Origin: Gekko japonicus | Taxonomy: Eukaryota | Assembly: GCF_001447785.1 (NCBI RefSeq) | Contig: NW_015165831.1 | Coordinates: 1,302,064 to 1,366,063 of the forward strand | DNA length: 64,000 nt | Reading direction: 5' to 3' | Part shown: positions 1 through 13,425 of the stretch, in pieces | Layout of the letters: every line of letters begins with the position of its first letter | How positions within the stretch are numbered: position 1 is the first letter of the stretch | Translations under genes and position numbers: made by a program | The notes under the pieces: model-generated | What the model was told of the DNA's origin: nothing | Database searches by the model: none | Seen by the model: the letters and a program-made list of their open reading frames with translations, nothing else

Positions 1-954
1 TTACCCTCCCTCTTCTCCTGCCTCCTCCTGGCTGAATGAGGGCTGGAAGCGGGGTGGCCGGAAGCGGGGGGCGGGGCTTCGTCATGTGCCCCGCCCCCCT
101 GCACCTCACCCGAAATGATCTCTGCCTGGGACTATTTCAGGCTAGGGCGATGGCACAAGTACCACACAACCTTATGAGCAAATGAGGCAGCCAAGTTAGG
201 CTGCTGCTGCTGCAAACAGCAAACACAGCACTGGTCAAGCAGTTGGAGGTTTGCAGAGTGGAGCTGGGGAGCTTGTGTTTTCAGTAGCCACAAGAGAAAG
301 GCAGCAGGTGGGGAGGAGATACTGTGGGGAAGTCAGCACTGCATCCCCTCCATAAGGAGTGGCCAGATTGGATTGCACTGGGGGTGTGATTCTGCCCTCT
401 TCTAGCAGCAGCTGCAGATGCCTCTTGGAAAGCAAGGACCTTTTGAAGCTAAAACGAGAGCTCTGCCTATTAAGAGTGGCTGGGCTCCAATCCAAGGGGA
501 CATATTTGCAAGTCACCATCATATGTGGCAGAGAAGTTAATGTTGTTTTTTTTGTAATCCACAGGCTTTGAAACCAGTTGACAGAACTCTCTGTGATAAA
601 AAGCAGATTTTTAAAAAATGGTGTGTTATTTTGATTTTGCATCTCTTTAAAGCTTTGGAGGCTGGTAGATGGCAAAGGGCAAGTCCCTCATTGGTTATGG
701 CCAAAAGGCTGCCTATCTATCCTAGCCTTCCCCCAAGTAGTTCAGTGCAGTAGTACACATGGCTGTCCTGTGTTCTGTTTAGTCATCACAACAACCCTCT
801 AAGGTAGGTTAGGCTGAGAGAGTGTGACTAGCCCATGGTCACCCAGGTAGCTTCATAGCTGAGTCAGGATTTGTACTCAGGTTCTAGCCCAGCACCCTAA
901 GCACTGCAACATCCATTTATTTCTCTCTCTCTCACACACACATATACACAGATT

Positions 955-1200
955 CAGGTGGGGTAGCCATGTTGGTCTGAAGCCGCAGAACAAAGTTTGA
1001 GTCCAGTGGCACCTTTAAGACCAACAGAGTTTTATTCTGGGTATAAACTTTCGTGTGCGTGCACACTTCTTCAGGTACAGTGAAAACACTGTACTTATAT
1101 GTTTTCACTGTATCTAAAGAAGTGTGCGGGCACACGAAAGCTTATACCCAGAATTAAACTCTATTGGTCTTAAAGGTGCCACTGGACTCAAACTGTTTTC
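955..1200. mobile_element. Penelope-like element remnant in inverted arrangement (relatives at about 10495, 27870, 31100, 40760, 51490, 55215)
   Basis: Inverted copies of GAGTCCAGTGGCACCTTTAAGACCAAC...CACTTCTTCAG with CTGAAGA..GAAA cores. Confidence 0.7.
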
Positions 1201-1858
1201 TTACACATATACACATTTTTTAAAACTTTCTTCTTTTGCTGTCTTCTCTCTACCGGTTTCTCCTCTACTTTTTTACCTTAATGGACAGCTTTGTCTTTCC
1301 CTCTTCCCACGGATTTGTCAGTCATTATTTACATTTGCATCTTACTTTTCAGAGAGAGTGCCAAGTCTTTGACAGCTTTTTTTTAAAAAAAATCTGATTT
1401 GATCCTCCCAACCAATGTTCCTGCTCAGCATGATTCACCTCCTTACTCAGTGGCTGTGGGTCCCCTTTAACAAGGACCTCCCACATGCTAACCAACCCAT
1501 TGTCTCAGTCCCCGACTTCCAACTCAGCCCATTTCCCCCTGGCTTCTGCCCCCTGGGCACTCACCTGCACTCCTTCTGGGAATTCTCATGGTCTGGAAAG
1601 AGAGGCTCCAATCAATTGCTGGGACTGGCCTCTGCTCTACTCACAGGGGTATTTCTAGTCCAGGTGGCTGCCTCTCCTCTCACCTGAGCCCAGCCCACCA
1701 CAGCCTCTACCCTCCCCATCTCCCCACCCACTTCCAGACTAGGAGAAAGAGCTCATCTGTCTCTCTAGGCAGAAAGAAGCCCTTCCTGCAGAGGTCTCAG
1801 TAAAGACCAGCCTCTGTAAGCCGTTCATACGTTGGAAACATCACACTAGCAATTCCAT

Positions 1859-2060
1859 AGGGAGGGGCTGTGGCTCTGTGGAAAAGGCTCTACTTGGCAT
1901 GCAGAAGGTCCCAGGTTCAATCCCAGGCATCTCCAGTTAAAAGGACCAGGTAGCAGGTGATGTGAAAGACCTCTGCCTGAGACCCTGGAGAGCCCTTGCC
2001 AGCCAGAGTAGACAACAATAAACCAAGGGTCTGATTCAGTATAAGGCAGCTTCTGGTGTG
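1859..2060 (+). mobile_element. tRNA-Ala-like SINE (others about 8510, 10075, 12258, 25990 on -, 40245, 45845, 46730, 58220)
   Basis: tRNA-like head ...TGCAGAAGGTCCCAGGTTCAATCCC followed by a shared body. Confidence 0.8.
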
Positions 2061-2473
2061 TTTATGTATGTACAAGTCAGGGGCTGGATTCATAGAGTGG
2101 CAAAGTGCTAGTTCTAAACATGCGCTGCTCGTCGAAATGATCTTTGCATAAGAAGCACCTACATACCTGAGGGCTCTCTTGGGTAAGTCTCCTTATTTCA
2201 TTAATTAATTAATTAATTAATTAGGTTTATACCCCACCCTCCCCGCCAAGGTGGGCTCAGGGCAGCTTACATAAAATTTCATATAAATAAAATTAAAACC
2301 CATCATAGACAAACATAACATAAAATAGCATTCAATTAAAATACTCCTAAACGCTGGACCATGATCTCATAAAGCGAGAACAGAAGATTACATACAAAAT
2401 ACCACGTAAGGTGACAGTATATTTATGATGGTGTTCACGCCAGTTTGATTTTCTCAACTTAATTGTGCAGCGG

Positions 2474-2818
2474 CAGGGCTATTTTTGGGCAGGAACGAAC
2501 AAGAACGGAGTTCCGGCTGGCTTCAGAATTGGCCACGCCCACTACAGCCAAACCCTCTGCGTGCGTGGCTACAGAGGGAAGGCCTGGAGAGCCACCCCCC
2601 CCCCCAGCGACTCCAAGACGGGCGGCCCGGGGGGCCCAGGCAAGCCAAGGGGGGGCTTCAAGGGGGGGGCTTGTCTGGGCTCCCCGCAGTCGTGGGACGC
2701 CCGGGCAAGCCAAGGGAAGGCACGGGGGTGTGGCCTATAGGCTAATTAGTGGTGCTGCCAGGGGTGTGGCCTATTATGCTAATGTTCCTGCTGGGCTTTT
2801 TCTACGAAAAAAGCCCTG
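2474..2818 (+). mobile_element. Non-autonomous hAT element (TIR CAGGGCT)
   Basis: 8-bp TSD TGCAGCGG. Confidence 0.9.
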
Positions 2819-4059
2819 TGCAGCGGGCACAGGCTGAAGATGGAAGGTAGTGAAACCAGGGCACAGGGACACTCCTCGGTGTGTGATGCTTCCACCTGGC
2901 AGGGGCAGAGCCGGAGAACCACATTCTCTCACAGTGGGTGGCCACCAACCATCTTGAGTTCTCTGCACAAAGCAGACAAGGTGCCATTGCTGAGGCACAG
3001 CAGACCCTCTGGGGCCTCGGCCAGTGCTCCGCCTCAACACCCTCCAACCCGACTTTACACACGTCAAGGTGTCTAAATTCATTTTGCCCCCATGCTTGGA
3101 TTGGACCGGTGACAGGTGTGGTGGCTATCCAATCCACACTCTTGTGAGCAGAGCAGTTCTGCTTCTTTTTTCAGACCTGGAGTGATGAGGTCATCAACCA
3201 GCATTCCCCATGGAGAGACGTTATTGCTTAACAGCAGTGTGTGCACTCACTGTCCCAGGAGTAATTCCATCATGGGGCTTGCAGCAGCCATGTTTTTGGG
3301 AGGCAGTTACATCCCGGATTTAAACACACACTCCCAGACCTGGCCTAGGATCTGTCTTCCCTATCAGACAACCACCTTGCATGAGAAAAGGGAAAACCCA
3401 CACAGCGGCCTTTATAAAACAAACCCAAACTCTTCAAGGAACCCTTGAAATTTTTCCTGATCAATACAAAGTCAAAGAGGCCCAGTTGTTCTTTTTCCTT
3501 CACCCTTTTATCTTCCTTGAAACTCCCCTGCCAGTTTGGTGTAGTGGTTACGAGTGTGGACTCTAATCTGGGAGAACCAGGTTCGGTTCCCCACACTTCC
3601 ACATGCAGCTGCTAGTGTGACCTTGGGTCAGTCACAAGTTCTTTCAGAACTGTTCTCTCAAGGGCAGTTCTCAGGAGAGCTCTCTCAGCCCCACCTACCT
3701 CACCACAGGGTGTCTGTTGTGGGGAAGGGAAGGAGATTGTAAGCCAATCTCCTCCTCCTCAGAGGAAAAGTTAAACTTAAAAAGATCCAAGTTTTTTTTC
3801 ATACAAAGAGAAAATACCTGTATGGGGGGGAGAGGCTTGTGGTGCTGAAAAGGCAGAAGGGAATGCTTTTTGGCGAAAACAGTAAGCAAGATGTGGAATG
3901 CACTTTCACTGTACACAGTTTGGTGTAGTGGTTAAGTGTGCGGACTCTAATCTGGGAGAACCGGGTTTGATTCCCCACTCCTCCACTTGCACCTGCTGAT
4001 GTGAACTTGGGTCAGTCACAAGCTCTGGCACAGCTGTCCTTGAAAAAGAGCAGTTTGTG

Positions 4060-4185
4060 TCAGAGTTCTCTCAGCCCCACCCACCTCACAGGGTGTCTGT
4101 TGTCGGGAGGGGAAGGGAAAGGCCTTTCCCTTCCCCTCCCGACAACAGACACCCTGTGAGGTGGGTGGGGCTGAGAGAACTCTGA
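4060..4185. repeat. Perfect 126-bp palindrome inside a Squam3-like SINE (3916-4232)
   Basis: 63-bp arms centred on AGGCCT, no mismatch seen. Confidence 0.95.
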
Positions 4186-5049
4186 GACTCCAAGTGAAGG
4201 GCGGGGTATAAATCCAATCTCTTCTTCTTCTTCTACTTGTGTATTATTAGCATTGATTATCTTTTATGGCTTTTTCGAAGGCAAGTTCAAAGATCTGTCT
4301 ATCAGCTACTCTCAGCCACATGCAAAATCTCTGGCACCTTCTCCAAAGTCCCATTTTAACAACTGGTTTACCCTGCATTGACTTTGGCCTCTGAACTGGG
4401 ATGGTTTCACTCTCTTGAGGCCACTGCAGATCCAAGAGCAAAGTAATTCTGGAATGAAGCTAAGGGGTCAAACCAGAGGAGATGCTGGAAGATCTATAAT
4501 TAGCCTCTCCCCAACATTTTATAAAGGCCAATTGCAGCCAAGACCTGACCTGGATAGCCTAAGCTTAGAGTTGCCAGCTCTAGGTTGGGAAATACCTGGA
4601 GATTTGGGGGTTGAAGCCTGAGGAGGGCGGGTTTTGGGGTAGGGAGGGACCTGAATGAGGTATAATGCCATAAAAAGTGGCCATTTTCTCCAGGTGAACT
4701 GATCTCTGTAATCTGGAGATCAGTTGTAATACTGGGAGATCTCCAGCCACCACCAGGAGGTTGGCAGCCCTACCCAGGATGGCCCTATCTCATCAGATCT
4801 TGAAAGGGAAGCAGGGTTGAGCCTGGTTAGTAATAGGTTGGGACTGCAAAGCTCCCTCTAAGCTATTGGGGTCTTGTGAACAAAAATCCTACTTTGTGAG
4901 CTACCGGCATTAAAGTTGTGAGCGAGCGATTTGGCTACTGCACAAATTAGTTTGCTCCGGAGCCATCCTTCCTGAGCTAAGACAAAAATGTGTGAGCCGG
5001 AGGCTGAAAAACTGTGAGCTAGCTCACACTAACTCAGCTTAGAGGGAAC

Positions 5050-5430
5050 CAGGGCTATTTTGGGGCAGGAACGGAGTTCCGGCTGGCTCCTGAGTTGGCC
5101 ACGCCCAGCAGGAACTCATTAGCATAATAGGCCACACCTAACAGCAGAAACTCATTAGGATTGGCTACATTAGGGGTATGTGGCCTAACATGCAAAGAAG
5201 TTCCTGCTACAAAAAAAGCCCAGGGTTTTGACAACAAAGTAAACAGAATAAGAAGCAAAAGGTGGGTGTGGCTGGATGGCCATACTTCTGGTAACATGGG
5301 GTGTGGCCTAATAGGCTAATGAGCTGTGCTGTCAGGGGTGTGGCTTAATATGCTAATGAGTTTCTGTGGTTGGGTGTGGCCTATTATGCTAATGAGTTCC
5401 TGCTGGGCTTTTTCTACAAAAAGAGCCCTG
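5050..5430 (+). mobile_element. Non-autonomous hAT element nested in another MITE inside a 5S-derived SINE
   Basis: TIR CAGGGCT, TSD GAGGGAAC. Confidence 0.88.
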
Positions 5431-6852
5431 GAGGGAACACTGTTTGGGAGACTACCAAGGAAGTCCAAGGTTACTATGCAGGGCAGGCAATAGCAAACCA
5501 CCTCTGAGCATCTTTTGCCCTGAAAACCCAATGGGATCCCCATAAATTGGGTGCTGCAACTTGATGGCACTTTCCACCAAATTTGGCAGCCCCACTGGTC
5601 CCAATTCAGACCAGGGCTGTGGCACAAAGGGAGTCGTGGCTTAGCCCTTCCTCCCTACAACGAAATCGACTTCCCTACATCATTTTTCCGGGGCCAAACA
5701 GCCTCTGAGGAGGGAGGTTTGTTTTGATCAGTGAAACCACATAGGAGGAGAAAGGTTAACACATGGCTGATCCAAAATAGCTATTTCCATTTTTGAAGCA
5801 CAGGGAAGATCCAATTAGAGACTGCTCAGCATTGGCCCCAATTATTCCTCAGTTGGATGCACTGGAGCAACTGTAGAACGCTTGCATTTGGGGTCTCAGT
5901 TGGAATCGCTCAAGTAGGGCCTGTGAGAAACTCCCCCAGGGGGGTGTTCAGAGAACCAAGGACAAGAAATTAGACCCAGCCTGGCTGGGCACTCTGTGCT
6001 TTCTCCTCTGACCAGGCAGACATCCAGGCGGTCCATTTTCTCGCCAAGTGCCCTGATGTGCACCTGGCTTTGAGTGCATTAAGTAGGTAATTATGCTGCT
6101 TTCGAAAGAGGCAACGATTTCTTTACAATAATATTTCATCCCATTTGGTACTTGGGTTGTTCTAAGGCACAGGGCCAGTAATTTCAGCCATATCCCGGCA
6201 GAGGCAGTAAATTGATAACAGCTTTTTCCAGGCTGGTGTTTTTCACCGAACCATTCAGCTATGGCAAGCGGAATCCAGAAAATCATCATTCTCCTTTCCT
6301 CCGCTTTATCCTGACAACAACATCCCTGTGAGGCGGGTTTGGCTGAGAGATTGTAACTGACCCAGGATCACCCAGCAAGCTGCCATGGCAGAGAGGGAAT
6401 CAGAACCTGAGTCTCCTAGGTCATAGTCTTACCCTCTCCAACCATTGCACCAAACTGGCTCTCAGAGACGGCATCAAAAGACAGTCAAAACCTTTTGCTC
6501 GGTTCCTTCTCTTCTGTTTCCAAGCTTGCTCAAATCTCAGTGTGCCGTCTCTTTCCAGGCACCATGCCCTTGCCCTTTGACTCCTCTTGCCTCGAGCTCC
6601 TTCAGCACGGAGTCCATTCCTGCACCCTTGGCCAGCTCCACACCATGGAACCAAAGCTTCATTCACTGGGGAAATGTCTGTTGAGGGCTTTTTAGTCCTG
6701 GCAGCTAAGAATCAGGGCTTCCAAAGTCAGGGGCAGTATATCTCTGAATACCAGCACCTGGGCACAAAGGTTTGGAATGGCCACCATGGCTGTGTCTGGC
6801 TTATGAGTTCCAGAGGCATCTGGGGGCCGCAATCGGTACAATGTAGTAGATG

Positions 6853-7556
6853 GAGGGCTATTTTTGGGCAGGAACGCACAGGAACAGAGTTCCGGCTGGC
6901 TTCCGAGTTGGCCACACCCAGCAGGAACTCATTAGCATAATAGGCCACACCCAACAGCAGGAACTCATTAGGATTGGCTACTAGGGTTCCCAAATGTGCC
7001 CGGGGGACGGGGAACCCCCCGCTTCGGAGCCCCCGAGTTCCGCCCCGGAGGAATCCGGGCCCGGGGGAAACCCCGCCCCCGAAGCTGCGTCAGCAGAGGT
7101 GACGCAGTCACGTCGCTGACGTTGGGGGTGTGGCTGAGCTCGTCGGGGGGGAAACCATATGTTCCCCCCCGACGAGCTCGGCCACGCCCCCAACGTCAGC
7201 GACGTCTGACGTCACTTCTGGTGACGTCGCAGCGGCGCACGCGCGCAAAGACGAACGGCGAACTCCCGGCCAGGACGGAGCCTCCCCCGCTGGTGAGTTA
7301 AAAGGATTTGGCAACCCTATTGGCTACATTAGGGGTGTGTGGCCTAACATGCAAAGGAGTTCCTGCTAGAAAAAAAGGCCCTGGGTTTTGACAACAAACA
7401 AGGTAAACAGAATAAGAAGCAAAAGGTGGGTGTGGCTGGATGGCCACACTTCTGGTAACATGGGGGTGCGGCCTAATATGCTAATGAGCTGTGCTGTTGG
7501 GTGTGGCCTATTATGCTAAAGAGTTCCCGCTGGTCTTTTTCTACAAAAAAGCCCTG
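6853..7556 (+). mobile_element. hAT element (TSD AGTAGATG) containing a nested GC-rich TAGGGTT-TIR element at 6982-7319
   Basis: Outer TSD AGTAGATG; inner TSD TTGGCTAC. Confidence 0.9.
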
Positions 7557-9382
7557 AGTAGATGGACTTCCAGTCTGATCCTACACAGCATCTTACCAAG
7601 GAGACCTAGAGATGCCATCCTTCAGGCCTTCTTCTACTCTTCTTTCCACCTGGTCTGTCATCTTTGAGCTCATCTGTGCTCTCTTTCCATTTTCTCACAC
7701 TCTCACCCTTATTGTTTTCTTTAGCAAAAGCTGTACCCACCCTTCCAGCTTTGTTCTGACTACACTTACCTGCAACCCCAAGCATGCAAATCTGAGATTA
7801 AGTTCCAACGAAACTTTTGGTGGTGTAAAGTGTCCTCTGGCAGCCCCAGAGGATTTTCAAAGCAAGAGAAAATAGGTGGTTTTCCATTGCCTGCCTCTGC
7901 GTATCAACCCTTGGCTTTCTTGGGGGGGGTCTCCCATCCAAGGACTTACCAGGGCCAACCTTATTTAGGGTCTGAGATCTTTTACAATGGTTGTAAATCA
8001 CCCAGGGCTGCTTGTGGGGTGGGTGATTCATACATTTAATGAAATAAAAATAAATAAATAAATAGCCCGGACCATCCAGATCAGGGAAATAAATCTTATT
8101 TTATTTATTTAATTAGATTTATATCCCATCCTCCCCACACGGCAGGCTCTGGGCGGGTTCCAAACATACAGATTGGCAAATAATGCAGATTTACAATTAA
8201 AACCATTAAACTCAGTAAAATCGCCAAAACACTAAACATACAATGTGCCTCAACAGATTATGTTAATTCCAGCGATGTTGTGGTTCCAGTCAGATGGGGA
8301 GGCGGAGGCTTAACCCCACCCCATTGTGCCATGGTCCTGACCTGACCTGACCTGGGAAGCCATGTGCCTGCTTAAAAAAACGTAATGCTTGAGAGCTCAT
8401 TCATTGAGCCTCCCAATCATTCCCAGTCTTTCCAACCTTCTCTCCTTCATTGTTGGACCTAAAGGCAGTGAGTTTGGGGTGCTTGTTGTAAGACCAGTTG
8501 GTGGCTAGGACTAAAGGGCCTCGTGTGCATAAGGTCCCAGGTTCAATCCCGGGCATCTGCAGCTAATAAAAAAATCACAGTATTAGGTGATGTGAAAGAC
8601 CTCTGCCTGAGATCCTGGAGCCGCTACTTGTCAGGGTAGACAAGGCTGGTCTGGCTAGAGGCAGCTACATGTGTTGGGGTGATTTTTACAATTCAGGTGG
8701 CTGGAAGAATGTGAATAGACATTGCAAAGGCTGAGACTGCACCTGCCCAAGCTAGCAGAAGTTGATGGAGGCAAGATTCAGCTGGGCATGTGGGTGGGCG
8801 CACTTGGCGCCCCACCTCGCCACTCTTCCCCATCTGGGCTCAGAAGCTGCCCGGTGGGGGGGGGGGAGTTTTCGCGGTGCAGCTCCAGGTGAGTGAAGAT
8901 GCAATTTTTTTAGCCCAGTGGCTGCAGACTGAGCACCGTTGTGAGGCTGCTAAATCAGCCAGAGCAGAGGGTGGATGGATGCCAAGCCAGCCGGGTGTGG
9001 GGTGGCCGGGCTGGTGGGCAGGAGGAGGGAAGTCGTCCATTGTCTGGTTCAGGATTGTGTCCGATGGGAGGAGTGGATAGACTCCCCCCGTGTGGCAGTG
9101 AGCATTTGCCACCCACCTGCAATTGCGGAAGAAGGCTGGATTACCAGAAAGACACACACGGACCTCTTTTCCACCACGGGACTTCTGCGCCGTCGTGAAA
9201 CAGTTGCAAGTTGTGCCCCGGGAGGGGGCGCATAAAAGCCAACCACATGTGCCCCTGTGGGGGGGGGGCATTTAGCAGCCCATTCAAGAGGGCAGGCAAA
9301 GGCCTTAGTGGGAGAGGACTCTTTGCATGCAGAAGGTCCCAGGATCAATGCTCCCTCTAAGCTGTGGAGTCTTGTGAGCAAA

Positions 9383-10012
9383 TGTAATGTATTCAGCCCT
9401 GACCGCATGTGAGGCAATCGTGTTTGAATGTTGTTTGGAGAAGATTTTTTAAAGCAGTGCAGAGGTGCAATGACAATGGAGCCGCCATGAAAGGACAATA
9501 AACACATGTGGATGTGCAAAAGTATGCTAGCACTGTTGAGGTGTGAAAACGACACCAAATGTAGACAGTTTTTGTAAAGACGGTGTCAGAAGACTGGGAC
9601 ACACGTGGGAAAGACAAATGCAGATTCGACCACTGTCTCTTAACCTCAGCCTCCAGAGGGGGGGTCACAAGAGAGTCAGCTAGAAAGTCAGGCAAACTGT
9701 GAGCATCCTTCCTGTTTACTCTTCTGCCTCTGTCCCTTTGATGTGTAGACGGATACTCTCAGGGAACTGCTTCCTTCTTTCTGTTCTCACCTCTCTCACA
9801 CACACACAAAAAGAAGGAGCACGTTTTGCTCTCCACCTTTGGCACCATGGATGCAGATGCATTCTGCATCTTCATACATCCAGCTAGTTAGATTCTATCC
9901 CTATCTCTCAGCCTGCACTATCTAGAATGTAGTTCCTAAATAAAGGTTCTGCTATTAGTTTGAAATTGACAAGTGGCTCTGTGTAACTCTGTAACTGCAC
10001 TACCAACATACA
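9383..10012 (+). mobile_element. Probable solo LTR
   Basis: TGTAAT...ATACA termini, AATAAA near 9938, interrupts a MITE end; TSD not clean. Confidence 0.5.
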
Positions 10013-10827
10013 GAACAAAGAAGCTACTGCTGCATGTAGCCCTTGTGCACTGTGCTAAATAAGATAGAGATTCCTGGCTTATGGTTCAGTGGTAGAGCAT
10101 TGTATGAGGAAGGTCCCAGGTTCAGTCCCCATCATCTCTGGTTTAAAAAGATCAGGTAGTAGGTGTTGTGAAAGTCCTCCGCTTGGGAATTCTGGAGAGC
10201 TGTTGCCAGTTCGAGTAGATAGACAGATGATCAATGGTCATCTGAGACAGCAAGAAGGCAGCTCCATGTGCTGAGATGTTCCATGGAAATTGGATATGAA
10301 AGATCATCAATAGCTGGGGTCTACAACCTGCACTCCCGAGTGGTGGAGTCTGTAAACTCTAGATCTGTAAACCTGTTCTGAGGTTTGTTTATTTAGTGCA
10401 TTGTAATCCTGCCTTTCCTCCAGGGAGCTCGGCACAACATACATGGTTCTCCACACTTCCGTCATGTTAACCTTACCACTACCCTGTGAACAACGTTTGA
10501 GTCCAGTGGCACCGTTAAGACCAACAAAGTTTAACTCCTGGGCATAAGCTTTTGTGTGCATGCTCACTTCTTCAGATACACAACACTTTTGAACTTGTGG
10601 GTGCCTTTGGAATTCTGACACAAGGTGATGGGCACAACTACTACAAAATGGCTGCCATGGGAGGAAGGAAGAGCTAGGTACAGATGGTTGTTGCAGGAAG
10701 TGAAGAGATACACAGACAGAGGGAAGCCCAAATGCAGGGGAGAAGAGGGCCAGTTAAAAATATATATATACTGCAAAGACGTGTGAGAGAGAACACAACC
10801 AACACTGTGGTGGCGTATATGAACATC

Positions 10828-11173
10828 CAGGGGTCATTTTGTAGAAAAAGAGGTGCAGGAGCTCATTAGCATAACATTAGCATAACTTGTTTGCATATGC
10901 CACACCTCCTGGCATCACTGGACTGTTTTGGAATGCTAGCTATTGAGAGAGGGAACATGCAGATCTGTCCTCACAGAGGAAGGAGAGCTTGTACCTGAAG
11001 GCGGGCCAGGGGGGGGGGGCTCTGCAACTTACCTGGCTGGCTGCTTCTTGCTCCTTGTGGCCAGACTGAGGGCTGCTGAGAGCAGGGGGCAGGGCTTGTT
11101 GCATGGGCCTGCCCTCTGGGCTCCTTACTGCCGGAGCTCCGCTCCTGTGCGCTCCCGCAGGAAATGACCCCTG
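10828..11173. mobile_element. hAT MITE (TIR CAGGGGTCATTT)
   Basis: TSD TGAACATC. Confidence 0.88.
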
Positions 11174-12739
11174 TGAACATCTGCACAACCAATCAGATCT
11201 CCAGTGGCCAATCAGAAACCCCGCTGGGCAAAAGCCTCACCTGGCCTAACCCACTTTCTAAAAACAGTTGGTGGGCATCAGGAAAAGTCTTGGTGGGCAC
11301 CATGTTGGGGACCCCTGGGTTAGACAAAGGGGACGACTGGTCCAAGGTCACCCAGTAATTATTATTTTTTAAGCAAACAGAGATTTAAACCATTTTCCAT
11401 GGTCCTAACCTCTAGCCACTATGCCACACAGATCCTTTTCACTTGAGAAGAAACCTGGTGCTTTCTGGATGCAAAGCGGGTTTTCTACAGCACTTTCTCT
11501 AGACCAGTGGAAAATGTTGTTCCTAATAGCGATGCTCGAATACATTGTGGGACCTCTGTGTGTTTTAATCCAGACTGGAAATTCCCACAGAAGGATGTTT
11601 CTGTAGCCTGGCCAAAACAAGGGGAAAGATAGCCAAACCCAAGGGGGGGTACTAATTGGGGTGGTGATCGTTCAGACAGACCCACCTGCAAGGGATGAGA
11701 ATCTGAATGGAGTCTGGAAAATGTTCCAGCTGGCTGTTGATAGACAAGCCTTCCTGTTTAAGCTTGTCCCAGAAATTACCTTTCCATGTACTTTGCAGAG
11801 GGGAAAATGAGCTAATTTAGAGACTAAGTCAGATTAGGTGGGGACTCAAATGGAGAACAGTTGCTTGGGACTGGGGTGCCTTTTATGGTGTGTTTTCTGC
11901 CGGTAACTATGGCGACAGAGAGAGGTGAGCTTGAAGGCTGAGCTGGAAACCCCCTTGGAATAATCTCTCCATTCAACCGGAAGTTCTTAAAAGGGTGTTG
12001 CTGGTACCCGTTGACCTGAGTTCAGAAAGAAAGAGATGGTACAAAAGCTCCCACCAGTTCAGCCTTCCTTCCCTCCCAGACCTGAGGACAGGGGACAGAA
12101 CCACCCACCCACTTCTGAGTCCCTTTGTGCAGCTCACTTTGACAAAACCCCTTTTCCTCAGCTATCCGTATCCTGCCTTCCTCAAGGAACTCAAAGTGCC
12201 CTACGTGGGGTTATCCTTTTAGGTTATGCAGGGCTGCAGTCCATTGTACTACCCTTAGGGGAAGGGCTGTGGCTCAGTGGAAAGAGCCTCTGCTTTGCAT
12301 GCAGAAGGTCCCAGGTTTGATCCCCAGCATCTCCTGTTAAAAGGACCAGGCAGTAGGCAATGGGAAAGACCTCTAACTGGAGACCCTGGAGAGCTGCTGC
12401 CAGCCAGAGTAGACAACACTGACCTTGATAGACCAAGGGTCTGATTTAGCTTCACGTGTGTACGTGTGTGAACCTTGTCAACTAGGCAGGGATTTGAACA
12501 TAGGGGCCCCCAAGCCTTGCCTGAGTGGGTGATGTGAAAATACCTGTACAGAATCCATTTCTTACCTGGTAAAGTGAACATCTATAGTCACCTGCTGGGG
12601 TTCAAGATCAACAGCTCAAGAGGTGGATTAAGGTATTTTCCAGGCATTTGGTTCTGTGGAGCTATGACAGCGATCCCCAATGTGGGTGCCATGGTACCAG
12701 CTGGATACCAGGATTTACTTTTTTTACAGTAAGAGTAAA

Positions 12740-13090
12740 CATAAGAACATAAGAGAAGCCAATGTTGGATCAGGCCAATGGCCCATCGAGTCTAACGCTC
12801 TGTCACACAGTGGCCAAAAATACCAGGTGCCATCAGGAGGTCCAGCAGTGGGGCCAGGACACTAGAAGCCCTCCCACTGTTCCCCCCCCCCCAAGCACCA
12901 AGAATACAGAGCTTCACTTGCCCCAGAGCCCCTATCTATACCTTGTGGCTAATAGCCACTGATGGACCTCTGCTCCATATGCTTATCTAATTCCTTCTTG
13001 AAGCCGTCCATGCTTGTAGCCGCCACCGCCTCCTGTGGCAGTGAATTCCATGTGTTAATCACTCTTTGGGTGAAGAAGTACTTCCTTTTA
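12740..13090 (-). mobile_element. CR1-clade LINE 3' fragment (related copies about 15260-15485 and 48480-48630)
   Basis: (CATAAGAA)n tail followed by a shared body in three places. Confidence 0.65.
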
Positions 13091-13137
13091 TCAGTGGTAG
13101 TTCAGCAGTGGAATTGGCTGCCTAGGAAGGTGGTGAG

Positions 13138-13425
13138 AGCCAGTTTGGTGCAGTGGTTAAGTGCGCGGACTCTAATCTGGGAGAACCGGGTTTGATTCCC
13201 CACTCCTCCACTTGCACCTGGCTGGATGACCTTGGGCAAGCCATAACTCTGGCACAGCTGTTCTTGAAAAAGAGCAGTTTCTGTTAGAGTTCTCTCAGCC
13301 CCACCTACCTCACAGGGTGTCTGTTGTGGGGAGGGGAAGGGAAAGGAGTTTGTAAGCCGCTCTGAGACACCTTTGGGTAGTGAAGGGCGGGGTATAAATC
13401 CAATCTCTTCTTCTTCTTCTTCTTC
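13138..13425 (+). mobile_element. tRNA-derived SINE, Squam3-like (others about 3530, 3916, 23940 on -, 57237)
   Basis: Box A TGGTGCAGTGG, box B GGTTTGATTCC, (TTC)n tail. Confidence 0.8.

Noticed and set aside
1859-1935. tRNA genes at SINE heads
   Set aside because: No intact cloverleaf; each continues into a shared SINE body.
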